IMG/VR virus record: IMGVR_UViG_3300037785_000110
Location: 1 to 54,953 of that record
Length of the DNA stretch: 54,953 nucleotides
Source: a virus
Lineage: Duplodnaviria > Caudoviricetes
Direction: 5' to 3' (one strand)
A program made the translations under genes and the position numbers. Numbering within the stretch: the first letter of the stretch is position 1; every line of letters starts with the position of its first letter. Below are positions 35,736-45,200 of this stretch, piece by piece. A model generated the notes under the pieces. It was not told the origin of the DNA, ran no database searches, and worked only from the letters and a program-made list of their open reading frames with translations.

Positions 35736-36280
35736 CCGGAGTCATTGTTGAGACCATCGCCGGGACGCCCGAGGCCGTCCTGACCGCCTTCACCGCCTTC
35801 GGCTTGTGGCTTCCCGACGCGGACCCGCCGCAGCTTGCCGCGCCTTGCACGGTGTCCGGTGTGCCGGGCGCGCAGATCGGGCCGGGGCAGATCGCGTGGG
35901 TCACCGCCCCTGCATACGACGAGGCAGGCGAGGTCACGAACAAGCCGGAAGCCGACGCCCGGCGGCTCTACCCGATCCGCGTGGACAACCGGGGCAATCC
36001 GGTCGATCCGCTTGCTACGCTAGACGCCGTGATCGCCGCCGCTTTGCCTGTTGACGCGGGCTTCGCGGCCCGGCTGCGCGCACTGGCGGCGGGAATGACC
36101 CTCGGCGATCCCGAGGGCGACCCCGAGGCGCTGATCCATCCGCCGCAAGGGCAGAGCGCGGTGTCCCTACCGTCGCTGATCTTTCGGCTCTGGGCGTCGC
36201 ACGGCGTCCTGACCACCGACCCGGTTCTCGGCCCGATCCTCACGCTCGCGGGGGTGAGCCTGTTGGTCCCGGGGGAATAG
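35732..36280 (+). CDS. Hypothetical protein
   Basis: ATGA-coupled to the fibre gene. Confidence 0.7.
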   Translation: MTGVIVETIAGTPEAVLTAFTAFGLWLPDADPPQLAAPCTVSGVPGAQIGPGQIAWVTAPAYDEAGEVTNKPEADARRLYPIRVDNRGNPVDPLATLDAVIAAALPVDAGFAARLRALAAGMTLGDPEGDPEALIHPPQGQSAVSLPSLIFRLWASHGVLTTDPVLGPILTLAGVSLLVPGE

Positions 36281-36739
36281 ATGCCTCGGCCGCGCTTCCC
36301 GACTCAGGCGAAGCTCGCCGGCGCAATCGCCGCAGCGGTGGCTGGAAGCTGGCTGCTGCTGGCGGAGCCGCACAACGGGGGCGTCGTGGCGGTCGAGATC
36401 GCGGCCTATGAGGATGCGCTGGACCTGGGCGGTGTCGTGTTCTGCGAGGACATGGTGAGCGCGGCGGTGATCTGGTCCGGGCACCCGAAAGCCTGCTTCT
36501 GCCCGACGGTGAATTTCCATGTCCATGCCGCGAGCTCGTCGTTCGGCGGCATCGAGATCAAGGCCTATCAGGCGACGATCGCCATGGCCGATCTGTCCAG
36601 CCCGTCGATCCGGCGCGCGCTGCTCGACGCCTTCGACCGCGGCATCTACGGGCCGGGCGACTTCCTCGACCCGATTCCGGCAACCGATCTGGCCCAGAGG
36701 GGCGAAGTGAAACTGTGCGTGCCGAAGGGAACCCCATGA
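36281..36739 (+). CDS. Hypothetical protein with hydrophobic N-terminus
   Basis: Abuts both neighbours, high GC3. Confidence 0.65.
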   Translation: MPRPRFPTQAKLAGAIAAAVAGSWLLLAEPHNGGVVAVEIAAYEDALDLGGVVFCEDMVSAAVIWSGHPKACFCPTVNFHVHAASSSFGGIEIKAYQATIAMADLSSPSIRRALLDAFDRGIYGPGDFLDPIPATDLAQRGEVKLCVPKGTP

Positions 36740-36957
36740 CTGACAGACCGCCGCCCCACTGGGATGACCTGAGCGACGCGCAGAAGGTCGCGCTGATCGA
36801 AGCCGCCGACACGCGCCTGTTCTGGCAGAACGCGGGGCGCCGGTTGGCATGGCTCAAGGTGCCCGCGTCCGTGATCCTGGCCCTGGCAGCGGCATGGAGC
36901 GTCATCGGGGAGGGGCTCGCGCACATCATCATCCGCATGGGGGAGGCCCTGAAATGA
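36736..36957 (+). CDS. Putative holin (single-TM small protein)
   Basis: 73 aa with hydrophobic VPASVILALAAAWSVIG, upstream of the endolysin. Confidence 0.5.
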   Translation: MTDRPPPHWDDLSDAQKVALIEAADTRLFWQNAGRRLAWLKVPASVILALAAAWSVIGEGLAHIIIRMGEALK

Positions 36958-37514
36958 CACCGCCGGCCAAGGTCAAGGAGGCGATGGGGTGGCACTTGTG
37001 GGTCTGGGCGGTGAGTGTCGTGCTGATCCTCGCCAGCACGGTCTGGACCCAGGTCGCACAGTGGCGCGCTCCGAGTGGCCCGCCCGTGATCTTCGACCGC
37101 GTGGAGGCGCTGAACAGCCCCCTGCACGTCGGAGAGCGCCTGCTGGTCCGCGTCTATCGGGACAAGCTGCGCGATGACTGCCCGGTCACGTCCTTCCGGT
37201 CAGCAATCGACCAGGACGGCCGCACCTATGATCTGCCGGATCGCACCTACTCCGGCGGCCCCACCGACACCGAGTTCTTCGATGTCGAATACGACACCAC
37301 CAGCCTGCCGGTCGGGCAGTACGACCTGATCGTGGAGCTGTCCTACGCCTGCCCGGAGGAGACCTTCGTGATCGACCAGCCTGAGGCGCGCTTCCGCGTC
37401 CACAACGGTCTGGGCCCGGCGTCGATCGAGAGCATCGTCGAGCAGCAGAGCATCATCATCGAGGACCTGCAGCGGCAGGTCGAGCAACTCGTAGCCCCGG
37501 AGGTCAAGGAATGA
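36954..37514 (+). CDS. Membrane-anchored protein with extracytoplasmic domain (lysis cassette)
   Basis: N-terminal TM, two Cys, GGAGG RBS. Confidence 0.65.
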   Translation: MTPPAKVKEAMGWHLWVWAVSVVLILASTVWTQVAQWRAPSGPPVIFDRVEALNSPLHVGERLLVRVYRDKLRDDCPVTSFRSAIDQDGRTYDLPDRTYSGGPTDTEFFDVEYDTTSLPVGQYDLIVELSYACPEETFVIDQPEARFRVHNGLGPASIESIVEQQSIIIEDLQRQVEQLVAPEVKE

Positions 37515-38179
37515 CTGGCAAGACCCTGTATGCCCACTGGCGCGACGTGCCGTCCGAGGCCTGGCACTGGCCGTCCTTCTCGCCCGAGGAGATCGCCTGC
37601 CGTGGCACCGGCAAGCTGCTGGTGGACCCGCGCGCGATGGACATGCTGCAGGCCCTCCGCGACCGGATCGGCAAGCCGATGATCGTCAACTCGGGCTATC
37701 GCTCTCCCGAGCACAACCGGGCGGTCGGTGGCGCGGCCCGGTCGAAGCACATGGAGGGGATCGCCTTCGACGTGCGGATGGACAACCACGACCCGCAGGC
37801 GTTCATGGCGGCGGCGCGCGAGATCGGATTCAAGGGCATCGGGGAGTATCCCGACCTGGGCTTCACGCACATCGACGCGCGCGAGACGCCTGCACACTGG
37901 GCGGGCTCGACCGGGCGCTACTGGCCGACGCGCTCGGTCAACGACCGCTTCGCCCCCGAGGTCCAGCCGACTCCGGTGGCTGATGCGGCGAAGCAGGGCG
38001 CGGGCATCGTGGTCGCCGTGACTGCGGCCGAGGGCGTCCTGACTGACGTGGCCGACAAGGCGGCGCCGATCTTCCCGGCCGAGTGGATCAGCTACCTGCT
38101 GATCGCGGTGGCAGTCCTCGGCGTCGCCCGGGTGCTGCTGCCGCTGGTGCTGAAACCGCAGGAGGACGAGCAGGCATGA
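37511..38179 (+). CDS. Endolysin, peptidase M15A (YcbK-like) with C-terminal hydrophobic helices
   Basis: NSGYRSPEHNRAVGGA..SKHMEGIAFD...FTHID (Zn ligands H, D, H). Confidence 0.9.
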   Translation: MTGKTLYAHWRDVPSEAWHWPSFSPEEIACRGTGKLLVDPRAMDMLQALRDRIGKPMIVNSGYRSPEHNRAVGGAARSKHMEGIAFDVRMDNHDPQAFMAAAREIGFKGIGEYPDLGFTHIDARETPAHWAGSTGRYWPTRSVNDRFAPEVQPTPVADAAKQGAGIVVAVTAAEGVLTDVADKAAPIFPAEWISYLLIAVAVLGVARVLLPLVLKPQEDEQA

Positions 38180-38682
38180 TGTCGCAAGAAGAACTGGACT
38201 GGCACGACATGAACGATGCTCGGATGAAGGCGCGAGAGACCACGAAGGCGCACATCGCGCGCGTTCGGGAACTGCTCAACGACGCCGCAGCCCGTCTCAA
38301 TGTGCGGGGCTTCCACCACGATATGAGCAAGTATGACCCGGTCGAGTTGGAGCCTCTTGCTCGAATGCAAATGCTGATCGACCGCGAGGGGCAAGCACCC
38401 TACGGGTCCGAGGAATACAAGCGCCGGACTGCAATGCTGGGGCCGATGCTCAAGCATCACTACGCCAACAACAGCCACCATCCCGAGCATTATCCCGAGG
38501 GCGTGGACGGGATGGACCTGTTCGACCTCATGGAGATGTTCTTCGACTGGAAGGCCGCGTCTGAACGGGGCGAGGAAAGCGCCATGAACATCAGCACGGC
38601 CTGCGAACGCTTCCGTGTCGCGCCGCAGTTGCAGCGCATCTTTGAGAACACGGCGGATCGGCTGGGGTTCAAACGGGCATGA
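38176..38682 (+). CDS. DUF5662-like HD-domain protein
   Basis: H...V...HDMSKY...E...HHYANNSHHPEHY...M...DLMEMFFDWKAA. Confidence 0.8.
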   Translation: MMSQEELDWHDMNDARMKARETTKAHIARVRELLNDAAARLNVRGFHHDMSKYDPVELEPLARMQMLIDREGQAPYGSEEYKRRTAMLGPMLKHHYANNSHHPEHYPEGVDGMDLFDLMEMFFDWKAASERGEESAMNISTACERFRVAPQLQRIFENTADRLGFKRA

Positions 38683-38780
38683 TCTGGTGGTTCCTCGCGG
38701 GATTCGTTGCAGGCGTTGTGGCTATCTTGGTCGCCGCTGCCGTCGCCATAGTCAGAGAAGGTATGCGGGGGCACCTGTGA
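38679..38780 (+). CDS. 33-aa membrane peptide (not in the ORF track)
   Basis: MIWWFLAGFVAGVVAILVAAAVAIVREGMRGHL, 4-nt overlaps at both ends. Confidence 0.6.
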   Translation: MIWWFLAGFVAGVVAILVAAAVAIVREGMRGHL

Positions 38781-39013
38781 TCGCGCTGCTGGGATCGCGC
38801 TGGGGCCGCTACGCCCTGCTGGTCGGTGTCGGCGCATTCACGGTGCTGGTGGTGATCCTCTACCTGGATGACCGGGCCAAGCGCCTCGCCGCGATCGAGA
38901 CCCTGAAATCGGCTCTGAGGGCCGCAGAAGCACGGAGGAAGGCAGATGAGGAAGTCCGCGGCATGTCTCGCGCTGATCGTGACGACGCTCTGGCTGAGTG
39001 GCTGCGCGACTGA
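38777..39013 (+). CDS. i-spanin (Rz-like)
   Basis: N-terminal TM followed by a charged coiled coil. Confidence 0.75.
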   Translation: MIALLGSRWGRYALLVGVGAFTVLVVILYLDDRAKRLAAIETLKSALRAAEARRKADEEVRGMSRADRDDALAEWLRD

Positions 39014-39140
39014 CGCGCCTTTCTGCCAGGCTGCATCGCCCATCCGTCCGTCATCGGCTGACCGGCTGACTGACGGGACCGCAGATCAAGTCCTCGCGCA
39101 CAACCTGACCGGGGCGGATCTCTGCGGGTGGAAGCCATAG
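38946..39140 (+). CDS. o-spanin (Rz1-like lipoprotein)
   Basis: Signal peptide with lipobox LSGC, FC...PI, C-terminal CGWKP. Overlaps the i-spanin. Confidence 0.85.
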   Translation: MRKSAACLALIVTTLWLSGCATDAPFCQAASPIRPSSADRLTDGTADQVLAHNLTGADLCGWKP

Positions 39141-39189
39141 CGCGGCGTCCCCCAGTCCCCGCCCAACACCCCATCAAAGGAGACACCGC

Positions 39190-39966
39190 ATGGCCACGAC
39201 GCCGCTGGACGATCTGCTCCCGAAACCCCAGGGTCTTGGCGCAGCCGCCGAGCCCCCGCCCGATCTGAGCAAGGCGCCCGCCACGCCGACCCCGCGCACG
39301 ATGACGACGGCCGTGACGCCGCCCGCCAACCCGATGCCGCCCGGGCTCGGGGTGGGGGCAACGACCGACGTAGGAAAGATCGCCGCCGAGTACGCCGCCC
39401 AGGACAGCGCGCTCATGCAGCGCGCGCGCACCGAGGGCCGCCAGATCGCGAACCAGCGCGGCCTGCTGAACAGCTCCATCGCCGCCCAGGCCGCGCAGAA
39501 CGCCATTCTCGACCGGGCGATCCCGATGGCGCAGCAGGAATCCCAGCAGCGCTTCCAAGCCGGACTGTCGGCACAGGAGTTCGGGCAGGCCAAGAACCTC
39601 TCCGCCCAGGAGTTCGAGCAGCAGAAGGGCCTGCAGGAGCAGCGCATCTTCGGCGAGATGGACCTCGCTCAACTGGATGCCGACACGCGGAAGACGTTGC
39701 TCGACATGGAAAGCGGGCTGAAGGAGCGGCTCGCCCAGCTGGACGTCGACACCGAGGACCGGACGAACATGATGTCCATGATCACCTCGTTCAACGACCA
39801 GTACCAGCAGGCCATGCGGTCGATCCTCTCGAACCCCGACATCGGGGCCGGGGATCGCAACGCCCTGCTGACTTCCGCAGGTGACTTCCTGCGGCGGCAG
39901 ACCGACATGATCGAGAGCCTGTACGGGTTCAAGATCAACTGGTCTGGTGGCAGCATCACCGCCTGA
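39190..39966 (+). CDS. Putative internal virion/ejection protein
   Basis: AAAGGAG RBS, ANQRGLLNSSIA..AAQ.A motif, Gln-rich helices. Confidence 0.7.
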   Translation: MATTPLDDLLPKPQGLGAAAEPPPDLSKAPATPTPRTMTTAVTPPANPMPPGLGVGATTDVGKIAAEYAAQDSALMQRARTEGRQIANQRGLLNSSIAAQAAQNAILDRAIPMAQQESQQRFQAGLSAQEFGQAKNLSAQEFEQQKGLQEQRIFGEMDLAQLDADTRKTLLDMESGLKERLAQLDVDTEDRTNMMSMITSFNDQYQQAMRSILSNPDIGAGDRNALLTSAGDFLRRQTDMIESLYGFKINWSGGSITA

Positions 39967-40460
39967 TGGGGCGCGCCCACATTCGCCCGGCCCATTTCGC
40001 CGACATACCGCGGATCATGGAGATCCTCGACTGGGCCCATGGTGCGTCGCGCTACGCTGCCTTCTCCGGGATCGACCGCCGCAACGCCAAGGCCGTCCTG
40101 GTCAGCTGCATCGGGCAGCAGTCCATCATCCCGGGCCCGAACACGACAATGACCGTGGTGGCCGAAAGGCACGCCGAAATCGAAGCCATCCTGATCGGGG
40201 TGCTGCGCCCGCTGTACGAGGGCCTCGACGTCTGCATCGCCACCGACCTGCTGTGGCTGGCCAAGCCCGGGGCCGACGCCCGCAGCGCCAGGCGCATCCT
40301 GAACGCCTTCCATCGGTGGGCTGGGCAGTACGACGGGCACGTCGTGATCCGTCATGGCGTCATGGACGCAATCGGTGACCCGGCGGTCGTCGGGCGCATC
40401 TTCGAGAAGGCAGGCTTCCGGCGGGCCGGGGCGATCTACGAGAAGGAGATCACAGCATGA
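39966..40460 (+). CDS. GNAT-fold protein of the virion core module
   Basis: IRPAHFADIPRI start and IFEKAGFRRAG end, typical of GNAT folds. Confidence 0.7.
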   Translation: MGRAHIRPAHFADIPRIMEILDWAHGASRYAAFSGIDRRNAKAVLVSCIGQQSIIPGPNTTMTVVAERHAEIEAILIGVLRPLYEGLDVCIATDLLWLAKPGADARSARRILNAFHRWAGQYDGHVVIRHGVMDAIGDPAVVGRIFEKAGFRRAGAIYEKEITA

Positions 40461-40945
40461 GTTTCCAGGCCTTGTTCACGGGCATCGGCACCCTCTTCAA
40501 GGGTGGCGCAGTCGCCGGAGCGGCCGGTGCCGGGGCTGGCGCGGCAACAGCCGCCACGGCCGGCGGGATCTTCGGTGGTGGCGGGATGACCGTCCTGGGG
40601 TCAGCTCTGGGCGGCCTCGGAACGGCGCTGATGAAGCAGTCCGAGATGGACAACGAGCGCGACATGCGCCGCGAGGAAGAGGCGCGCCGCGAAGCGCGCT
40701 ACTCCGGCGCAGGTGATGCGGTGCGGTTCTGGGAGGACGGCGAGCAGCCGCAGGGGCTCGGGGCCGGGGCGGCCAGCGCCACCGCGCCGCGCCCGGTCGG
40801 GCAGACCGCGCCGCGCATCGGCGAGCAGTACACCATGGGCCTTGGCGCCGGTGCGACGCCCGCCGCCGCGCAGCCGCAGGCCCCCGCCGCCGCACCGCCG
40901 CGCTACAGCTACGACCGCCGCACCGGTCGCCTGGTCACGAGCTGA
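40457..40945 (+). CDS. Small ejection (DNA transfer) protein
   Basis: Gly/Ala-rich hydrophobic N-terminus then a charged helix. P22 gp7 or T7 gp14 position. Confidence 0.65.
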   Translation: MSFQALFTGIGTLFKGGAVAGAAGAGAGAATAATAGGIFGGGGMTVLGSALGGLGTALMKQSEMDNERDMRREEEARREARYSGAGDAVRFWEDGEQPQGLGAGAASATAPRPVGQTAPRIGEQYTMGLGAGATPAAAQPQAPAAAPPRYSYDRRTGRLVTS

Positions 40946-40956
40946 GGAGAGCCGCC

Positions 40957-41526
40957 ATGGAAATGATGCAGGGGCTGGGCGCAGGCGCGCCGCAGCCGCA
41001 AGAGGATCGCGCACAGGCCATGACGCCCAACGGCGCCAAGGAAGCCACGCCCGAGCAGCAAGCGCAGTTCGACAAGTTCGTGCAGATGTCCATGGTCATC
41101 CTGTACGACCCGCAGTTCGTGCAGAAGGCCCGCGAGATGATCCGGGGCCCGCAGGGGCCGGTCGAGGGTGTGGCCGATGTCGGCATTGCCATCGTGTCGC
41201 GGATCATCATGCAGGCCCAGAAGGAGCGCCAGCAGATCGACCCCGCCGTCATCCTTCATGGCGGGTGGCAGGTGATCAACTACATCGCCGAGGTCGCGCG
41301 CCTCAGTGCGGGCGTTGACCTGTCCGACGAGGACGTGGAGACTGCCTATTATCTCGCGGCCGACAAGCTGCGCGCTGTGCTCGACAAGGCGGGGCTGACG
41401 ACCGGTGGGCCGTCTCCCGAGCAGATGATCGAGCAAGCCCGCACCGATGTCGGTGACGACCAGCTGCGATCCGCCCTCGAGCGCACGCAGAAGGCCCGCC
41501 GCAACCCGATCGGAGGTGCTCAATGA
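40957..41526 (+). CDS. Hypothetical protein in the ejection module
   Basis: GAGGAG RBS. Confidence 0.75.
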   Translation: MEMMQGLGAGAPQPQEDRAQAMTPNGAKEATPEQQAQFDKFVQMSMVILYDPQFVQKAREMIRGPQGPVEGVADVGIAIVSRIIMQAQKERQQIDPAVILHGGWQVINYIAEVARLSAGVDLSDEDVETAYYLAADKLRAVLDKAGLTTGGPSPEQMIEQARTDVGDDQLRSALERTQKARRNPIGGAQ

Positions 41527-42251
41527 GCATGATCTTGGGGGGGCTGGCGGCCGGTCTCGGCGACGGTCTGGTGGAGCTGGCCAAGCAGCGGCGTGAAGAC
41601 TTCCTGAACGCCCAGAAGCGGCAGCAGGATCTCGAGGACGAAGATCGCAGGGCAGGCCGGTCCCGATCCGGCCGCACCGGCGGGACCGGGGGCCGGACGG
41701 GGGGCGACGACCGCTTCAAGCCGATCAGCCGCGGGCTCACCGGCGACATTCGCCAGTGGGGCGCCGACAACGACCTCGACGAGGCGACGATCCAGCGCTT
41801 CATCACCGAGGTCGAGCGTGTCGTCGGCACCGAGGGCATGACCGAAAACCAGGCGTGGAACTACGTCCTGACGCATGCAGGCCGCGGGGACCTCGAAGTG
41901 CGGACCCCCGCCCGGATGCCCTGGGGCGAAGACACCGTGGAGACCAAGCCGGGAGAGGGGCCCTACGACGGGACCTTCAACTATCCCGACAGTGCGCCCG
42001 CCGCCGCCCCGCGCGTGCCCGAGGGCCTGGGCGCCGGGGCATCTCCGGAGGCCCAGACGGACGTTCCCGGTCTTGGCACCCCGCGTCAGGCCGCACCGCA
42101 GGTCACGCGACCGCAGATCGACGGCCCGCCCGCGATGCCCGGGGCAGGGCGTAGCGGCCCGCCCGGCGCGCCGCCGGTCGGCACCATCATGGACGGCTAC
42201 CGCTTCAAGGGTGGCGATCCCGCAGACGAGAAGAACTGGGAGCCGGTGTAG
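41523..42251 (+). CDS. Putative ejection protein
   Basis: LGGLAAGLGDG N-terminus, C-terminal GTIMDGYRFKGGDPADEKNW. Confidence 0.7.
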   Translation: MSMILGGLAAGLGDGLVELAKQRREDFLNAQKRQQDLEDEDRRAGRSRSGRTGGTGGRTGGDDRFKPISRGLTGDIRQWGADNDLDEATIQRFITEVERVVGTEGMTENQAWNYVLTHAGRGDLEVRTPARMPWGEDTVETKPGEGPYDGTFNYPDSAPAAAPRVPEGLGAGASPEAQTDVPGLGTPRQAAPQVTRPQIDGPPAMPGAGRSGPPGAPPVGTIMDGYRFKGGDPADEKNWEPV

Positions 42252-45200
42252 ATGGCAAAGCCTTGGGAGCGGTTTCAGGGAACGAAGAAGCCGTGGGAGC
42301 AGTTCCAGAGCGACGCGCGGTCGGCACAGCCCGCCCCGCTTGCGCCGCCGCCGGAAGCCGGGCGGCTGCCCGGTCTTGGTGCGCCGGACCCCGAACCGGC
42401 CCCGGCCGCGCCCGAGGCGCCGCGCCGGTCCTCTGCCATCCTGCCGGGCGACGGGCGCGCGATTGCAGATGCCGCCCGCCCGGAGACGCGCGGAGAACGG
42501 CAGTACCGTGAGCTGACGAACCCGCCTCGCCCGGTCCCGGTCGAGCCGCAAGCGCCGGAAGAGCGCCGCCCCGGTGTCGGGTCCTCGACCCGTCGGGACT
42601 CCCTGCAGGCATCCCGTGACCGCGCCGCCGAGGCAGATGCCGGTCGCATCCCCCAGCCGATGTCCGATCTCGGGAAGCGGGTTTGGGAAATGGTCGTAGA
42701 AGGTGCGGCCAGCAACCTTGAGGGCGGCGTGTCGCGTGAAGGCAACCCGGCGCCATCCTTCCCGGAGTTCCGGTCCGGTGCCGAGGATCGCCTTGCGCAG
42801 CGGCGCGATCAGTTCTCCTTCGCCACGCGCCTCCTGATGTCCGGCACCGGCCCCGACGGGAATCCGCTGACCGATGCCGAGCGCGCCGACCTGCAGTCCG
42901 CGCAGGCCTGGGCGCGCGAGGAGATCGCCCGCATCGAGACGGAAGTGGGGGCTCTGACGCCGAACCCGCCCGCGACCTGGGCCGACAGCCGCAGCTTTGA
43001 GGCAGGGAATGACCTGCGGGCATGGGGTGAGAAGCTGGTGGGTGCGCCCGATCCGCAGTTCGATGACCGCTTTGCGTCCTCGCTGGCCAGCGGCGCCGGG
43101 AGCATGGCGTACTTCATCGGCGTCGGCATCCTGACCGGCGGTGTCGGTACCGCCTACAGCGGTGCCACGATGAACCAGTCGCAGGTCTACCGGGACGCCC
43201 TGGCCTTCGGCGCCGACGAGGACACCGCGCGCCAGGCCGCGCGCTGGGGTGCGGTGATCGGATCTTCCGAGGTCATCCCGATCATGCGCGCGCTTGAGCC
43301 GCTCGAGCGCTACGCCCCGGGGATCAAGAACCGGGTGGCGGCCGCGATCATCAAGAAGATCGGCGGCAACGCGACCGAGGAGGCCATTCAGGAGGGCACG
43401 TCGCAGGTCCTGAACAACCTGGTCGCCAAGGGCTACTACGACCCCGAGCGCGGGATCACCGAGGGTGTGGCCGAGTCCGCCCTGATCGGCGCGATCCTTG
43501 GCGGTGGTGTCGGTGCCATCGGCGCGGCGCGGCCGGGCGGCCTGACAGAAGATGCGGCACCCGGTGCCGATCCCGACCCGCAGCGGCTGAACAGCCCCCG
43601 CCTGACCGAAAGCGACCGTGCCAGCCCGATCCCCAACGACGTGATCGACGACGGGAAGGCAACGATCGAGGCCGTTCTGAACGGCGCACCGCTGCCGCCC
43701 GTGGCCACCCCCGCGCAGCCCGCGCCGCCGGTCGGCACCGACCAGGTCGCGCAACCCCCCGCACCCGTGCCGCCGTCCGCACCCGAGGCACCGGCTGGAC
43801 TCGGTGCGCCGGCCGCGCCTGATGCGCCGCCTGTGGCCCCGGCGGCATCGGTCGAAGGCCGCCGCCTCGGTGAGCCGATGCCGGTCATCGACGGCGATGA
43901 AGTGGTGCCCGGGCAGTATGTCGCTCAGGACCTCGACACCGGCGAGTTCGTCGACGTGTCCGACCAGGTGCAGCAGTCGCAGCAACCGCCCACGCCTCAG
44001 CCCGATGGCAAGACCCAACCCGAGGAGACCGATGCCGCACCCGCCCCGCCGCCCGCCGCACCCCGCCCGGTTCCCGATGCTGGTGACCAGACGCCCGTGG
44101 GGCTTGGTCCGGTGGATCGGCCGCAGGCAGGCGCGGATGCTGCGGCGTCGAGCGTAGAGGTCCCGGCGGCCGCAGAGCCGCGGCGCGTCCCGGATCAGGC
44201 TCAGGCCCCCGCGCGCCCGGCCCAGTCCCGCCCCGTCCGCCAGCCGCCCGACCGGGCCGCTTTCCCGGACACGGCCGAGGGCAACGCCCGCTTTGCCGAG
44301 GCAGACGCGCGCTGGGCCTACGGCAGCTTGACTCGCCCGGTCATCACGACGCTGCGTGACAACGGCATCCGGATCGACCCGAACGGGAAGGCTGCCATCG
44401 ACCTCGAGGCCATGGGCGTCACCCCCAGGACGGCCCCCGGCCTGTTCAAGCGTGGCGGCCTCAAGGACCTCGACAACATCGTCGCCAGCGAGTTCGAGGC
44501 CCTCCGGGAGATCGTGAAGACCGACGACGGCACGGGGTACTTCGACCTCGAGGACCTCAAGTCGGCCATCTCGGAAGAGGTCAGCAAGAGCCCGCGCTTG
44601 CCGGATGCGGTGCGACAGGCCGTGAACCTGCGCGAGGAAGCGGATCGCCGGCGCTCGGTCCGCGGGCTTGTCGACCAGTGGTCCGACGAGAACGAGATCA
44701 GTGCGCTGACAGAGGCCGAGAAGGAGGATATGGTCGAAATCCTCCTTGCGGAGCCCGATTATGAAATCGAGGATGCCGCCGAGCGCGTGTTCATCCGCAG
44801 CGAACGGGACAGTGAAGCCGATGTACGAGCATCTGACCAAGGAAGGGCAGGCGGCCGCCAAGCGGTTGAGGACGAGATCCCGTTTGGGGAAGTTGAGCCC
44901 CGAGGACCAGAAGGAAGCCGACCGGCTCCTGACACTGGCCGAGCAGATCAACCGGGCCAAGGCGAAGCGCAAAGCGAAAGGACCGACGCAGGCGAGCAGC
45001 TCCTGACGCCTGGCGTTGCCCCGATCACGGAAGCCGATCGCCAGCAGGCCGAGGTCACCCGCCGGTCCGATGCGCCGATGCGCGGGCGCAACGAGGGCCC
45101 GGCGTCCGGGCGTGACGACCTCTTCGGGAACCCGGAGGACCGCCGCGACCTGTTCGACGCGCCGCAGGCAGAGACCGAAACCGCTCGGCAGGTCGACGAC

